From: Mobula hypostoma
Lineage: Eukaryota
DNA: 64,000 nt
Reading direction: 5' to 3'
Assembly: GCF_963921235.1 (NCBI RefSeq)
Contig: NC_086097.1
Coordinates: forward strand, 152,646,001 to 152,710,000
Shown piece by piece: positions 63,934-64,000 of this stretch (position 1 is its first letter; every line of letters begins with the position of its first letter). Both the position numbers and the translations under genes were made by a program. The notes beneath the pieces were generated by a model. The model worked only from the letters and a program-made list of their open reading frames with translations, ran no database searches and had not been told where the DNA came from.

Positions 63934-63970
63934 AGTCCTGACGAAGGGTCTCGGCCTGAAACGTCGACTG
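63934..63970 (+). ncRNA. minimal hammerhead ribozyme (Penelope pLTR), intact core
   Basis: agtc CTGACGA agggtctcggcct GAAA cGTC gact, with helix I agtc/gact and a vestigial helix III. Confidence 0.8.
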
Positions 63971-64000
63971 CACCTTTTCCTAGGGATGCTGCCTGGCCTG

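Larger units (their letters stand above)
62542..64000. mobile_element. young Penelope-like inverted insertion; runs off the window end
   Basis: Minus arm 62542-63245 and plus arm about 63252-64000 are nearly identical. GIY-YIG ORF at 63208-63639. Confidence 0.93.

Overview
This is eukaryotic, non-genic DNA made up mostly of transposable elements. The TE set (abundant CR1 LINEs, HE1/V-SINE-like and Deu-domain SINEs, Rex1, Penelope) suggests a cartilaginous fish such as a ray or shark, which is an inference. I found no convincing host protein-coding gene, and nearly all ORF-track entries are decayed TE fragments or noise. The window holds a LINE-I/Nimb-like element, many CR1 copies (one near full length), Rex1, RTE, L1/Tx1 and HERO fragments, a near-complete Gypsy (Mag-like) element with ~94-bp LTRs, three solo LTRs, a hAT MITE and many Penelope-like elements (PLEs) with minimal hammerhead ribozymes. 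Several PLEs occur as inverted pairs bounded by one target-site duplication (TSD). The most notable observations are (1) a 564-bp non-coding, probably RTE-mobilised element whose 5' end folds as a variant HDV-like ribozyme, (2) palindromic PLE insertions with an outward-facing hammerhead on each strand and a fixed end asymmetry, plus a 27-bp tail-only PLE insertion, (3) a Gypsy LTR pair whose differences are mostly A<->T/G<->C swaps, and (4) several multi-layer nested insertions whose order can be read from TSDs. Family names come from recognising motifs by eye, not from database searches, and boundaries without a quoted TSD are approximate.
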